Assembly (NCBI GenBank): GCA_043228905.1
Contig: JBHGNT010000015.1
Coordinates: 15,996,001 to 16,060,000, forward strand
Origin: Azolla caroliniana
Taxonomy: Eukaryota; Plantae; Polypodiophyta
Length of the DNA stretch: 64,000 nt
Direction: 5' to 3'
Below the pieces are notes generated by a model. It was not told where the DNA came from. It made no database searches and saw only the letters and a program-made list of their open reading frames with translations. Of the stretch, positions 37,243 through 50,215 are shown piece after piece. Position 1 is the stretch's first letter; the number at the start of each line of letters is the position of its first letter. The position numbers were made by a program, and so were the translations under genes.

Positions 37243-40200
37243 TATTAGAGATCTAAGTACTAAAGTAAGCTTAAGATAAGGATAAACAAATGATAGATAG
37301 AAAGGAGAAAGAGAAAGAAGGGTGCCGATCCACCCGACCACCCCCGAGCGAAGGGATCGAGACGGACTCGAGCCTCGATTGGCGTCCCATACCACCATCG
37401 TGGCGTCGAGTCGTACCTGGTGCTGGCGCACTCGCTACAAGAGTTGACCCACCACAAGAGCAGAGTCTCGATGTAGTCAAAAAGATGATCAAATGAGGGT
37501 AGCTAGGCCTCTTATTTATAGCGATACCCAAGGCCCCCAGGCAAGTTCACACTTGACCTAATGGGTTGTCTCAATCCCGAGGATTAAAAGTAATCCTCCC
37601 CTTCTTTACACTCTCGTTTAACCGTCACACTTATCCACGTCTATAGAATACTACGGTAAATTCTCACCACGGGATATTAAATGGTCATGCCTGTAACATA
37701 CTCCCCCTCTTTAAAACATTGCACTCTTGCAATGGAAAGTTAGGGAAATTAGTTCTGAGAGTATTTTCGCGTTCCCATGTGGCTTCTTTTATTGATTTAT
37801 CCATCCATTTTATTTTAAATTCTCGGATTTCTTTAGTACGTAATTTGTTTGTTTTAACATCGAGAATTCTTTCTGGTACATGTGGTTTAGAAGATAATTC
37901 TTTAGAAGTAACCAGAGTTTCAGTTGTAACTGTATTGTCGCAAGAACCTAGAAGTTCTTTTAAACGACTCACATGGAAGACTGGATGAATTCCAACACCA
38001 TCGGGAAGAGCAAGACGATAGGCTGATGACCCAATGCGTTTGAGGACTGTAAAAGGTCCACAAAACCGTGGGGCTAACTTAGCGCAGTTACCCGTAGACA
38101 ATGTCTTAGAATTGTGAGGTACACGTAAAAATACCTTTTGTCCAGGGTTGAATACACGAGGTTGCCTATGATGATCGGCATAAAAACGCGCTCTATCTTG
38201 AGCTGTTTTTATATTATCTCGTGCAATATGCAACATATCTTGCATATCCCGAAGAAAGTTTTGTGTACTTCGCAACTCATCATGATGTATATTAACATCA
38301 ATCGGGGCTCGTGGCTGAAAACCATACATCAACATAAAAGGACTATATCCCGTCGACGTATGCTTGGAGCTGTTATAAGCAAACTCCAAAATTGGGAGAT
38401 AATGTTCCCATTTTGTTGGTTTTGCACCAACGTATGCTTGAAGCATGTCCTCAATAATTTGATTTACTCGTTCTGTCTGTCCATCGGATTGAGGATGATC
38501 CGTGGAGCTCATGCTCAACGTAGTTTCTAACTTCTTAAAGACTTGTGTCCAGAAGTCACTAGTAAACTTTAGTTCTCGATCACTCACGATATCCATCGAT
38601 CACCCATAAAAACGAAACAATTCGTCAACGAATTGGTAAGCCAATTCAGGAGCTATTACCGTGGTTTTAGTAGCAATAAATCTGGCCATTTTAGTTAGTC
38701 GATCAACGACAACCCAGATGGCATCATGACCTTTTTGGGTGCGAGGAAGGCTAACAATAAAATCCATGGATATACTTTCCCACTTATTATTGGGAATGTC
38801 CAAGGGATGTAAAAGTCCTGTGGCTTTAAGTCGCTCGGCTTTGTTAACCTGACACTGGTGACATTTAGTCACATAGCTATGTATGTCAGGACGCATCTTA
38901 GGCCAATAAAATTGAGTGGAGATGAGAATGAGTGTACGATGTATTCCAGGGTGCCCTGTTGAGGGTGCATCATGGCATTAAAAAAGAATCCTCTTTTTGA
39001 CCTCGAGTAAATCTGGAACACAAACCTTCCCATTACGGTAGAGCAAACCGTTAGCAATGTGGAAGTATTCCTTCGAGGATGTGGTGGTGTCTATTCCAGA
39101 CTCAACTCTTGCCCAATATTTTGCAAAATAACTGTCATCAAGATACTTTCCTCAAAGGTGATCATAAAGATCTGATGTTATTTCAGTGAAGCTAAGCATG
39201 TTAACTTCACGGATGCGACTTAGTGCATCAGCGACAGTGTTCATGGAACCTTTACGATATCGTATGGAAAAATCAAAGTCCTGGATGAGATCAGCCCATC
39301 GTGCCTTACGACCTTTCAGGTCTTGTTGGTCACAAAAATATTTCAAGGACTCGTGGTCCGTAGTTACCACAAAGCGATTTCCATAAAGATAATGGCGCCA
39401 TGTTTTGAGCGAATGTATAACTGCAAATAATTCCTTTTCTTGAACAGTATACCGACATTGAGCAGAATCAAGTTTCTTACTCTCGAATGCTATTGGTTTA
39501 CCATCTTGATACAAGACAGCACCTATAGCATAATCGCTTGCATCGGTTTCAACCTCAAAAGGTTTTGAAGGATCAGGTAAAAGAAGTGAAGGAGCCTTGC
39601 AAACCAGGTCCTTGAGTTCCTTAAAGGCGAGGTCTAGTGTAGCATTCCACACAATAGGTTTTGTAGACTTATGCGTTTGACCTTTTAAAAGATCAGTAAA
39701 CGGCGTCGTCAATTGGGAGTAATTACGAAGAGACTTTCGCAATAACCCGACAAAACCAAGGAATGATCAAACTTCTCGAATATTCCGAAGAGTGGGCCAA
39801 AGCTTGATTTTCTCAATGCGAGAAGGATCAATTTCAACTCCTCGTTCGGTTATGAGATGTCCTAGATAAGTAATTGATTTCTTGAAGAACTCACATTTTG
39901 AGATCTTTGCATAAAACTGTTTGTCACGCAATGTTTGTAAAACAAAGCGGACATGTCTAGCATGTTCTTGTAATGTACGGCTATAAACTAAAATATCATC
40001 CAAGAAAATAACGACAAATTTTCCAAGTTGTTCTCGGAAAATGTCATTCATTTCTTGTTGAAAAGTAGTTGGAGCATTGGTCAAACCAAAAGGCATAACC
40101 AAAAACTCGTAATGGCCATAACGCGTACGAAATGCCGTATTAGGAACATCGTCCTCACTTATTCGTATTTGATGGTAGCTAGTACGGAGATCAAGTTTCG

Positions 40201-43200
40201 TAAAATACCGAGCTCTTTGGAGACGGTCAATTAGATTGTCAGCCCGGGGCAATGGGTACGAATTCTTGATCGTCACTTTATTCAAGCGTCGGTAATTAAT
40301 ACACATACGCCATGTGCCCTCTTTCTTTTTAACCAAGAGAACTGGTGCACCCCATGGAGATTTACTATAACGTATATAACCCATTCGTAAATAGTCCTTG
40401 AGTTGCTTAGATACCTCATCTTCTTCGGATCGACTTAAGCGATACAGAGGTATACTTATTGGTGCAACACCGGGTACAATATCTATACGATGGTCTATAT
40501 TACGTTTAGGAGGTAACCCATCAGGTAGTTCACTTGGAAAAACATCATAAAAATCATTTAAGATTTCATCAAGTTGTTGTTATTCAAAATATGTTCATTG
40601 AACCGGGACATTATCGATATTGTAAACGTGAATGTCCGGATCAAGTACACAATAAAATAACGTAGAACAAGACAACTCGGATATTGATGGACACGAGGAA
40701 ACAATCGAGAGGGATTGTTTTTTTACACATTGAATAAATTGCGTACAATCATTCAGTACAAAAGAAATGGAATGACGAACCCAATCAATAAATAAAGAAG
40801 AGTTTTTATTATAAAACCAGGGATAACCCAGTATTACATCGGTGGTACAAAGATTCATTACATGGAAGTCTACTTCCTCTATATAAGTATCAATAGAAAT
40901 TCCTAATGAATGAATCACCCAGTTGATGTATTGTACTCTTTCATCAGCCAAGTGCACTGTGTAGGTGTGATCACTTACGGTGGGTTGGATTCCCCATATC
41001 TGAACCAAACGATCATTCACAAAATTGTGTGAGCTTCCCGAATCAAATAAAAATTGTACGGGAGATCCATTGATATACCCGTTTGCACGTAGTAAATCAT
41101 TGGGACCCAATACATAGTGAGGGAAAGAACATTGACAATTACTTAAATGATGTGTATCGACCTGAAGGACATTAGGAATCTGACCTTTATGGTCTGCAGC
41201 TTTAGCTTTGTTGTCATGCTCTTTCCGTTGGAGCTTTCGACATTGATCTTTTGTATGACCCTTCTTTTTGCAGAATACGCAAAAAGGATGTTGTCGCTCA
41301 CAATCGCGATCCAGGAATTCGTTGGGTGTCTTGCGTTTCCCAACAAATTGCGACTGCTTAGTCCCGGGCGCTTCGTTGGGTTTGTTGTGGTCCTTCTTCG
41401 AAGTGCGTTGATAGCGAAGAACTATTTCAACGGCCTCTTCGAAGGATTTTGGATCCTTATCGTGCACTATCCAGTGATAGTCCAAATTGGGGATGCCATT
41501 GACAAAACAAGTTATCAACCAATTGTCCCCTTCTAGACCCGATTTTTGGATTTGGGTTCTAGCATGGTGAACATAGTCTTCTAGAGAGTAAAATTTCCTG
41601 CTAGAGAGGTTCATTAAAGCTTGTGCTGCCTCGGTTCGAGAGGGAGGTTGCAGAAATTGGTCCTTAAAAACCGTGACAAAATCTGTCCAGGTATCGGGCA
41701 ATTTCCCCATAGTACGGAGCCCACGCCACTAGGCGGCGGCCTTACCCCCGAGTTCTCGGCCGACATATGCAATCTTTGTACTATCTGGCGTGGGATAGAG
41801 CTCAAAATGAGACTCCCATCGTCCCAGCCATGTGCATATTGCTTCTTCGGTTCTTTCCTTTTTGTCTCCCGTAAATGGCTTAACGACAAATGATGGTTCA
41901 CCTTGTTGCTCATCAGGTCTATTAGTCTCACATTGTAGACTAATGACACGTGCCTCAAGAGCACTCTGAGATTGCCGAAGTTCGGTCATCTATTGAGCGG
42001 TGAAACTAAGGTATTGGGTTATTTGTGCCAAATACATCTCAGTGGACATTTGTCCAGGAGGATTCCCTTGAGTTCCTTCCGCTTGAGCGGATGACATCGG
42101 GTCGTTAATTTGAGCCATTAAAGATTATTTCTGGAAAAGAAATAGGATAAGATCAGAGAGATAGTCATAACATCATGTCGTGATGTAAACATATCATGGG
42201 CAAACATTAATCGATATCATGATCTCACGTCAATACCCCTCTAGACGTATGAGATGAGGTTCAAGATCAGGTTACTATGGTAAGACAAAGGTGTTTTAAA
42301 AACCATGGGGGTGACAAATAAATGTCTTTCCCTGATCTCTATATCGATTTTTTCATGGTGGCTCCCCGAGGCTCAACCATGTATGTTCGTGTCATGAATA
42401 GTTTATACACGAAAAAAATGTTAACAATAAACTATGTTTCGGTGCCCACATATGTGGTTTCGGCTATTTAAGTCCTATTACGAGGACCCCGAGGTGCACT
42501 TAGACCGTAAGTCTAAACATGTGTTATAGTCATATGTATCAAGTATGTTGTATGGTCTTGGTCATATTTGAACTCGAGACCTCGAGAACAAATACATTAA
42601 ACACTTGAGCCAACCAAGTAAGTTGCTCTTCTTGAATGCTTAATGTTTGATGCGTATAAGAGATATGCGAGATCATATATGTTTTTTCTAAAAGAACATA
42701 TATGTCAAGGGTCCTTATTTCGCCCTCATTTACCAAAACTATGTTGGTACGTTACCTAACCTCAAGTCTCGTAATTACGATGGCATACGCCAAAGTGCAA
42801 CCTAATGGTCAAGCCAAATGAGCCCTCGTTTCGTAGTAGGCTCATGTGGCCCATCACATGGTCACGTCATTACGAATGCCTCTCGTAAGAACGAGCTCAT
42901 GGTGGCATCGTATCCATGTAACGAGGGAGGGATGTTGGATACATGTGTCATTGGAGCGACCTCACTTGAAATGGGTCAAGCCCTACGTACTCAACATCAT
43001 TATGGCTATAGGCTTTTCTTTACGTAACGAAATCGAGGTCATCAACGGGGTTGTCAACAATAAAAAATTGTTGAAAAAGGGATGGTGACAACGCCATTCT
43101 CACAAAAATGTGAGGACGGCCACCAACATCCTTTTCCCGACAAGGACAACTTTCAATATAATCACGTAATAACGAATATACACATATGTTTACTTATCAC

Positions 43201-44256
43201 ATATATACGATCAAATACGTATATACGTGACCACATATGCCTATATTAACATATCGTTATATTAAATAGCCACAAATGATGTGATCGAGGTACGTAATCG
43301 AGGTATATACCTCTACGCACACGAAACATCCACAAATAAGAGATCATCATAATACGCAATTAAGGTATTGACCTCTTACGCATACGAGACCAACCGCATA
43401 TCGTTTACAACAAATCAAGGTATTAAACTCATACGCAAACGTAAGATATGTTCGTGAACGTAATACGTAATTGAGGTATTAACCTCGTACGCATACGACA
43501 CTCATCACATATTATTAATATGTCAAACGAGGTATTGACCTCGTGCACATATGTAAACGTTTTAGATAATCAATTAAAGACCACTACAACATCATTGACT
43601 TAATGAAAAAAAATGACATATAAACTAAACACATCATTAGATGGGAGAAGAGAGAATAGAAAGAAAAATTATGGAAAGAGTTACCGAAGTTCTTTGTTGA
43701 TCGTTGTTTGGATCAAGGCCGACCGCACATCGATCGATCAGCATCAATCAAAACACAAATGAAAAACAAAGAAACATTAGTACATAAATCTGATACCAAA
43801 TATTAGAGATCTAAGTACTAAAGTAAGCTTAAGATAAGGATAAACAAATGATAGATAGAAAGGAGAAAGAGAAAGAAGGGTGCCGATCCACCCGACCACC
43901 CCCGAGCGAAGGGATCGAGACGGACTCGAGCCTCGATCGGCGTCCCATACCACCGCCATGGCGTCGAGTTGTACCTGGTGCTGGCGCGCTCGCTACAAGA
44001 GTTGACCCACCACAAGAGCAGAGTCTCGATGTAGTAAAAAAGATGATCAAATGAGGGTAGCTAGGCCTCTTATTTATAGCGATACCCAAGGCCCCCAGGC
44101 AAGTTCACACTTGACCTAATGGGTTGTCTCAATCCCGAGGATTAAAAGTAATCCTCCCCTTCTTTACACTCTCGTTTAACCCTCACACTTATCCACGTGT
44201 ATAGAATACTACGGTAAATTCTCACCACAGGATATTAAATGGTCATGCCCGTAACA
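37243..44256 (-). mobile_element. Full-length chromovirus (Ty3/Gypsy with chromodomain) nested in Copia-B4
   Basis: 456-bp LTRs at 43801-44256 and 37243-37698 (about 11 differences), TSD CCGTG (37238-37242 / 44257-44261), PBS TGGTATCAGA near 43789-43798, PPT GAGGGGGAGTA. gag CVFCKKKGHTKDQC, protease LFDSGSSHNF, RT FLDDIL, RNase H ETDASD, integrase GPF motif plus chromodomain (PERILD...KWMDKSIKEATWE). Several frameshifts. Confidence 0.95.
43290..43550. repeat. Array of five palindromic GAGGTATTRACCTC motifs at 55-62 bp spacing in the chromovirus leader
   Basis: Motif starts at about 43300, 43362, 43417, 43473 and 43529. Confidence 0.75.
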
Positions 44257-45787
44257 CCGTGTAACGGGGTTCTTTAGGCGGGAAGACCGGCGTAACTTGG
44301 TATTACCCGGTTTGAGGCCCTTCTTGGCCAGTTCGGACTTCATTCTCAAAGGTCCACCTTCATCTTTTCCGAAGTCGGATTCGCTCCGATCCGACTCAAC
44401 GTTGTTGGTTTCGTATTCCGGCATCTTCTTCTTCCCTTTTTCTTTGTGCGTGAACTGTCTCCTCGGTTCCTTGCGCGGGGAGAGCACGACAAAGTCTCCA
44501 TTACTCGCCGGTTCCTCATCCGACTGGTCATCCCGACTCAACTGCTCATTCTGTCCACTTAACCGAAATGAAATCAGACTCTCTTCTAGAGTGCCGAAGT
44601 CTTCATCTTCTTTTTGGACTGATTCAGGCTCACTAGCCTCATCCTCTGGTATCGGGTCGGGATCGGAGGTCGGAGCCGGTAAGACATACCATGATGCCGT
44701 CTCATCAAACTCAACATCCCAGCTAACTCAGACTTGCTTCGTCCGGGGGTTATAACACTTATACCCCTTTTGCTCATGCGAGTAACTGACCAGGATGCAT
44801 TTCTCCGACTTTGCATCCAACTTCCTCCGCTTCTCATCCAGTACATGCACATATGCAATGCTACCGAATATCCGAAGATGCCTCAAATTTGGCTTGCGCC
44901 CGAAATACAGCTCATGCGCGGAAACGTTGCCACCGATCCGGTTTTGGATATAGACGACCGTCTAGACTGCCTCCGCCTAGTAGAAATGGGGCATGCTCTT
45001 CTCCTCCAGCATTGCCCTTGCCGTGTCGACAATCAACCGGTTCCTCCTTTCGGCCAGATTGTTTTGCTCCGGTGTGTATCTGCAGCTGAATTCTCTCCGA
45101 ATTCCTTTTTGCTGCAAATAACTATTGAATTGGCCGGAAAAATATTCTTTTCCGCCATCCGACCGCAAGCACTTGATCTTCCTCTCGATTTCCCGTTCAA
45201 CCAAGCTTTGCAGGTTCTGGAAACACTCGAAGACTTCACTCTTCCGCTCGATGAGGTAGATCCATGTGTGCCAGTTGTAGTCGTCGATGAAGGAGACGAA
45301 ATATCAACTCCCACCAAGACTCACGTTCCGTGCCAGTCCCCATACATCCGAATGAATAAGGTCGAGCTTGTTATGGCTGCAGTTTCATTCGATGGGAAAT
45401 GGAAGCTGGTGTTGCTTCCCGAGTTGGCATGCTTCACATATTTTGGCCTTCCAGCCACTGAACTTTGGCAAACTGAAAACAACTTGTTTCGTTTGCAGGT
45501 CTTGAAGCCTTCGGTAATTGACGTGGCCGATCCGCTTGTGCCAGAGATCAATATCCGACTCAATCTTCTGTCCTTTGGCGAACAGAGCGGTGCCGACGTC
45601 ATTGGTGTCGAGGATAAACATCCTCCCGTCTCTGTGCCCTTGCGCAATGACTTGGCCCTCTTCCTCGATGAAGCACCCGAGGTGCGTAAACTGCACCTGC
45701 ATCCCCTGGTCGACAATCTGTCCAACCGACTCCAGGTTCTTCGTGATGGTCGGAACGTTTAATACGTTCATCGGCTTCCTCCTTTGT

Positions 45788-46064
45788 CCGACGTGGCTCA
45801 AAGGGAGTTCTCCGACATGCACGATTGGGTGAGGAGTGTCGTCTCCGGTTTCGACAACTCCTGGTTGTTCCGGTTTCTCCACAAAAGAGAACCACTCTTT
45901 GTGGCTTGTCATGTGATTCGGTGCACCGACGTGGCTCAAAGGGACTTCTCCTACATGCACGATTGGGAGGAGTGTCGTCTCCGGTTTCGACAACTCCTGG
46001 TTGTTCCGGTTTCTCCACAAAAGAGAACCACTCTTTGTGGCTTGTCATGTGATTCGATGCACCG
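45788..46064. repeat. Tandem duplication (138/136 bp) in the Copia-B4 protease region
   Basis: ccgacgtggctcaaaggga at 45788 and 45926; CCG microhomology at the junctions. Confidence 0.9.
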
Positions 46065-47822
46065 GAATCAACATACCACACTTCCTCCGACTTGGAAGTG
46101 GTCTTCTTCATCGAGTTAGCCTCGTGTTTCATCACCAAGACTAGCCCTTTACCGGCTTTTCTGGTTTTGGATCCTCCCGATCCTTTTGCGTAGTGTGAGT
46201 ATTGCCGGTTCTCTCTGCTGGATCCGGATTTGTCCGAATCGGCGTGTTTCTTCCAGCACTCGCTTTCTCTGTGGCCCTTTTTACCACAATACCATCATTC
46301 CATGTCGGCCTTTGCTTGCCGGCCTCCAATGCCACCTTGACTCCCCCTGCTTGTGGAGGGTCCAGAATTGCTGTCAGCACGTTCTCTGTGCCTTTGGTCC
46401 AGCTCTTGTCGGTTGCTACCATTGCGAGTCGACCGGCCTCGTCCACCACGCCCATGGGGTCGATCTGCCTCCGTGTACAACATCCAGCTGTCGGTGGGTG
46501 CACTTGTTGACGCACCGGCGTGGTTCTCCTCTACAAGGAGCATCGATTGTAAGTCGAAAAATGATAGCGTATTCTCCCTCGTACAGACCGCCGTTCGGAA
46601 AGCTCCGAACTTAGACGCTAACCCGCCAAGACAAACCTGCACCATCTCGTCCTCCTCAACGTTCACGTTGATAGAGGCGAGTGAGTCGCAGATTTCTTTA
46701 ATCTTGGTGGTGTAGTCAACCACCGACATATCCTGTTGTCGTGCATTGCTCAACTCTTGCCTGAGTTGAAGCTTCCTGGCTGTATTGCTTGCGGCGAAGA
46801 CGTTTTTCAGATTTCCCCAAGCTTCTTTGGGCGTCTTGGCGTCTCCGATATGGCTCAGCAGTTGGTCTCCGACACTGGACGCGAAGCAGTACATCACTCT
46901 GCTTGCCGCTTGCTCCCACACAGGGAAGTCCTTGTGTGTCGCATCAGGTGCTATGTCGTTAGCTCTGTCGATATAGCTCCAGTAACCATGCCCAAGCATG
47001 TACTGGTGCATCTTGTAAAACCAAGATGCGTAGTTGGTTTTGTCGAGCTTCTCCACCGGGAGCGAGCTAGCCATTCCTCTGTCCATTTTGTTTTTCCTAT
47101 TCTTTACGAAGGTTAGGTTTTCTTCTTGATCTAAGGTCGGTTGTAGAGGTTCTCAACCCTCGCGCTCTGATACCATGTAAAAGATTATGTGCGGAAGCAA
47201 GTAGAAAACCAAACACAGAAACACAGGTTTAATGGAAAGCTTTACAGTACGCGGGAGAGACAGAGAAAGAGCAGAACAAGTTAAGTCTATTACAAAGCAA
47301 TAATCGTTCTCTGTACATAAGATGTGCTCAACAACACTATTTATACAAGTCTTAAGAGGACTGACAGAAGTACAGTGTACTTCAATGCTCATACGAGCGT
47401 CTGACACTAACTATGAGACTATTAACTACCTAGTAGTCTAGGCTACTACTAGGCTTCAGGTTACTATTTGATCCAGCTAACCGACTCCCCAGCTCACCGA
47501 CTCAATTGCTCACCGACTCGCCGATCCGTCTCCATCCTTTTGGATGCCGATCCGGACCTGGTTGAGCTTGCCACTCAACAAGAAATACCGATTTGACATC
47601 CATATGATAAGTCAAACATCCTCTTGAAGCAACCAAAGCTATGACTATTCAAATTGTGTAATGCGAGCTATGGGGGCAAATGTTTCTTGTACATTGAACC
47701 CTTCGATTTTGGGAGTATCCGTTGCACTACTACTTGGGGTTTATCATTGATTATGTCTAACAAAGAAGACAAAAAATAACCCTGAAGTAAAAAAGGAGAT
47801 GGAGAAGAAGTGAAAAACATGG

Positions 47823-48538
47823 TGTTGCGTTACTTCGCGCATGCGTGTAGAATAAGGCGGGACCACGGGGGTCTTGGACTAGGTAGTAGATAGGAAGACG
47901 GGCATGAGCAAAGTGGAAGAGATTAACACGGTGGAGAAAGTAGAAAGAGACAATATTGAAGAAGTTACGTATATTATGGCATGAAAGCCTCAATGCGATT
48001 ACAACCGCGGTCGCGTGGGCCGAACTCAAGACATAAGTAGAATGTAAACCCTAATAGGATAAGTAAAGAAAGAAATGAAGAAACCCTAAACTGAATAGAT
48101 ACTCTCGACCTAAGTGGTATACCTCTTCTTACTCAAAATAGGCAACCCTCTCAATGGTGCCCCTTCCTCTCCTTTTATAGCATAAGGAGAGAAAGCTATT
48201 ACAAAAAGGAGGGACTAAATATCCCCTTCATTCAATGGGGGGATATTTGCTTAGATTCTTGGAGGAGGGATTGATGGGGCCTTAACTCCTACTCCTCACA
48301 CATACTACTATGCCCATTACTCACCTCGTACTCCTATGTTCCTCTCTCTCTCTCATGTGGATGTGCACATAAGTGCACATCACATTTATACTTTAGGAAT
48401 TTTGTGGTGCATTTCTTACAATTTACATTTGTTCTTATTAATATTTTACAAATACATCATGTGCGTGTGCAACGTTGCACACCTCAGTTTTGCTCGCTCC
48501 GCTCGGTTTTCCCCTTATGGACGAAAATCTTCACAACA
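47823..48538 (-). mobile_element. Solo LTR of the Trp-primed Gypsy group
   Basis: TGTTG...CTTCACAACA, with both ends similar to the 35327-36030 LTR. Flanks are ATGG / ACGG (4-bp TSD with one CpG transition). Confidence 0.8.
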
Positions 48539-49998
48539 ACGGAAAATATACCTTAAATGTAAAAATCCTCAAAATATCAAACTCCCCAAATGCCAAAAAG
48601 AATAACTCCTTCCCCTTCTAAAAACTTCGACTTGAAATGAGCCTCCTCCCCTCTTGTATCGAAAATGCCCAAGGGAATAATTCATTTATACGTATTGGTA
48701 GTTGAAAAGAGTAACGTGCAGAAGCAAGTATGAAGACCGAATAGAAGGAAGAAAACTCAGGTTTAATGGAGAGCTTGAGCTTATGCAGTATACGTAGGAG
48801 AGACAGAGAGAGTGAGAGAGAAAAAACACAAGAACTATATTCAACACACGCTCCGTACATATGTGTGTTCAATGAACACTTTTATACAAGTCTTAGAAGA
48901 ACTGACCGAAGTACTGACAGTACTTCAATGCTCATTAAGAGCTCCTACACTAACTCCCAAATATATTCCTCACGGAAAATCTTTCCTAACGGCCTCCTGG
49001 TTTACGCATCGATCCGGCCCTACCTACGCACCGGTCTGCATACCGGTTTACGCATTCGGCCTAACCGATCGGTCCCAACCGATCTGGTCCTCGGCTTCTT
49101 CAGTCGATCCGGCCGATGTTGAGCTTGTCTCTCAACACTCCCCCTCAAGCTCAACTTGAGGCTCTTCGGGATCTTCGGGCTCACAGCTCCGGTTCCTCCT
49201 GGCTTCACACCTCGCTCGCGCTCCATGACCTATTCGTCTCCACGCACTTCGACCCTTCCGGTCCGCTTGTCTGCTCATGTGGCCCTTATCAGCTCTTCTG
49301 CTGTTGCGGTGTTGACGCTTCTCATGCTACCTTTTCTTCCGCTTGGGCCTCGGTTGATTCAGCGTATCTGAATCAAACATCCGAACCGACTCGGCTACCT
49401 CTGATCGGTTTTCACTCTCGTCCGAGTTGGCTGTCTCCAACTTGTCTTCGGTCTTCTCGCCCTCGATGGCGTCATCTTCCCCATGCGTGGTTGGCTTCGG
49501 CTCCCTCCTTCGGCTACTCCCCTTCTGTCCGCTTCTGGACTTTTCCGCGGGTCCACCCTCGGCTTCTTCAGTCGATCCGAAGTCGAACTCGACAACCGAG
49601 TCAACCGACTCGGTGTCGCGGTCTCCACTCCTTTCTTGCTGCCTTGCTTGGTCGTTCGGGACTGTTCTCCCCCTCAAGTTTGGCACGTCGAGGTGACGCA
49701 ATCCGAGCGCTCCTGAGAATTGCCGCAACTTGTCCAGACCAAGAGGCTTGGTAAAGATGTCGGCAGTCTGCCGATCCGTCGGAACGTACTGAAGTTCGAC
49801 TTCACCGGAAAGGACACGCTCACGAACGAAATGGTAGTGCACCTCAATGTGCTTGGTCCGTGCGTGGAAAACATGGTTTTTCGCGAGCTGGATGCTGTTG
49901 AGGTTGTCGCAGTAGATCGTCGTCGGATCTGACACCTCCTCTTGCAGGTCCCTAAGTAGCCGCTTCAACCATATGGTTTCGCACGTCGCGATAGCCGC

Positions 49999-50136
49999 TG
50001 TCGGGGTAGTTGTGATTCGTGCGGCGAAGTCGCAAGGACTAAGGTTAAGGGGAGTTGAAGAAACTTAAGTTTTAATAAGGCTTGTATGGTGATGATAGAA
50101 TGGTTAAGGATAATAAGATGAAGAATTACGAGTAAT

Positions 50137-50215
<79 letters not shown>

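Larger units (their letters stand above)
28597..47580 (-). mobile_element. Full-length Copia-B4 hosting two nested Gypsy elements
   Basis: LTRs at 47176-47580 and 28597-29011, TSD AGAAA (28592-28596 / 47581-47585), Met-i PBS 47164-47175. gag 47086-46295, integrase about 45500-44600, RT about 37240-36035, RNase H about 30020-29630. Confidence 0.93.

Noticed and set aside
43290-43550. True CRISPR array
   Set aside because: Eukaryotic retrotransposon leader, degenerate repeats and no cas genes; kept only as a repeat-architecture finding.
44734-45762. 342-aa antisense ORF (and the similar 263-aa ORF at 53103-53894) as a novel gene
   Set aside because: Exact antisense of Copia-B protease/integrase. 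Open antisense frames are expected from GC-rich codon usage, and there are no independent motifs.
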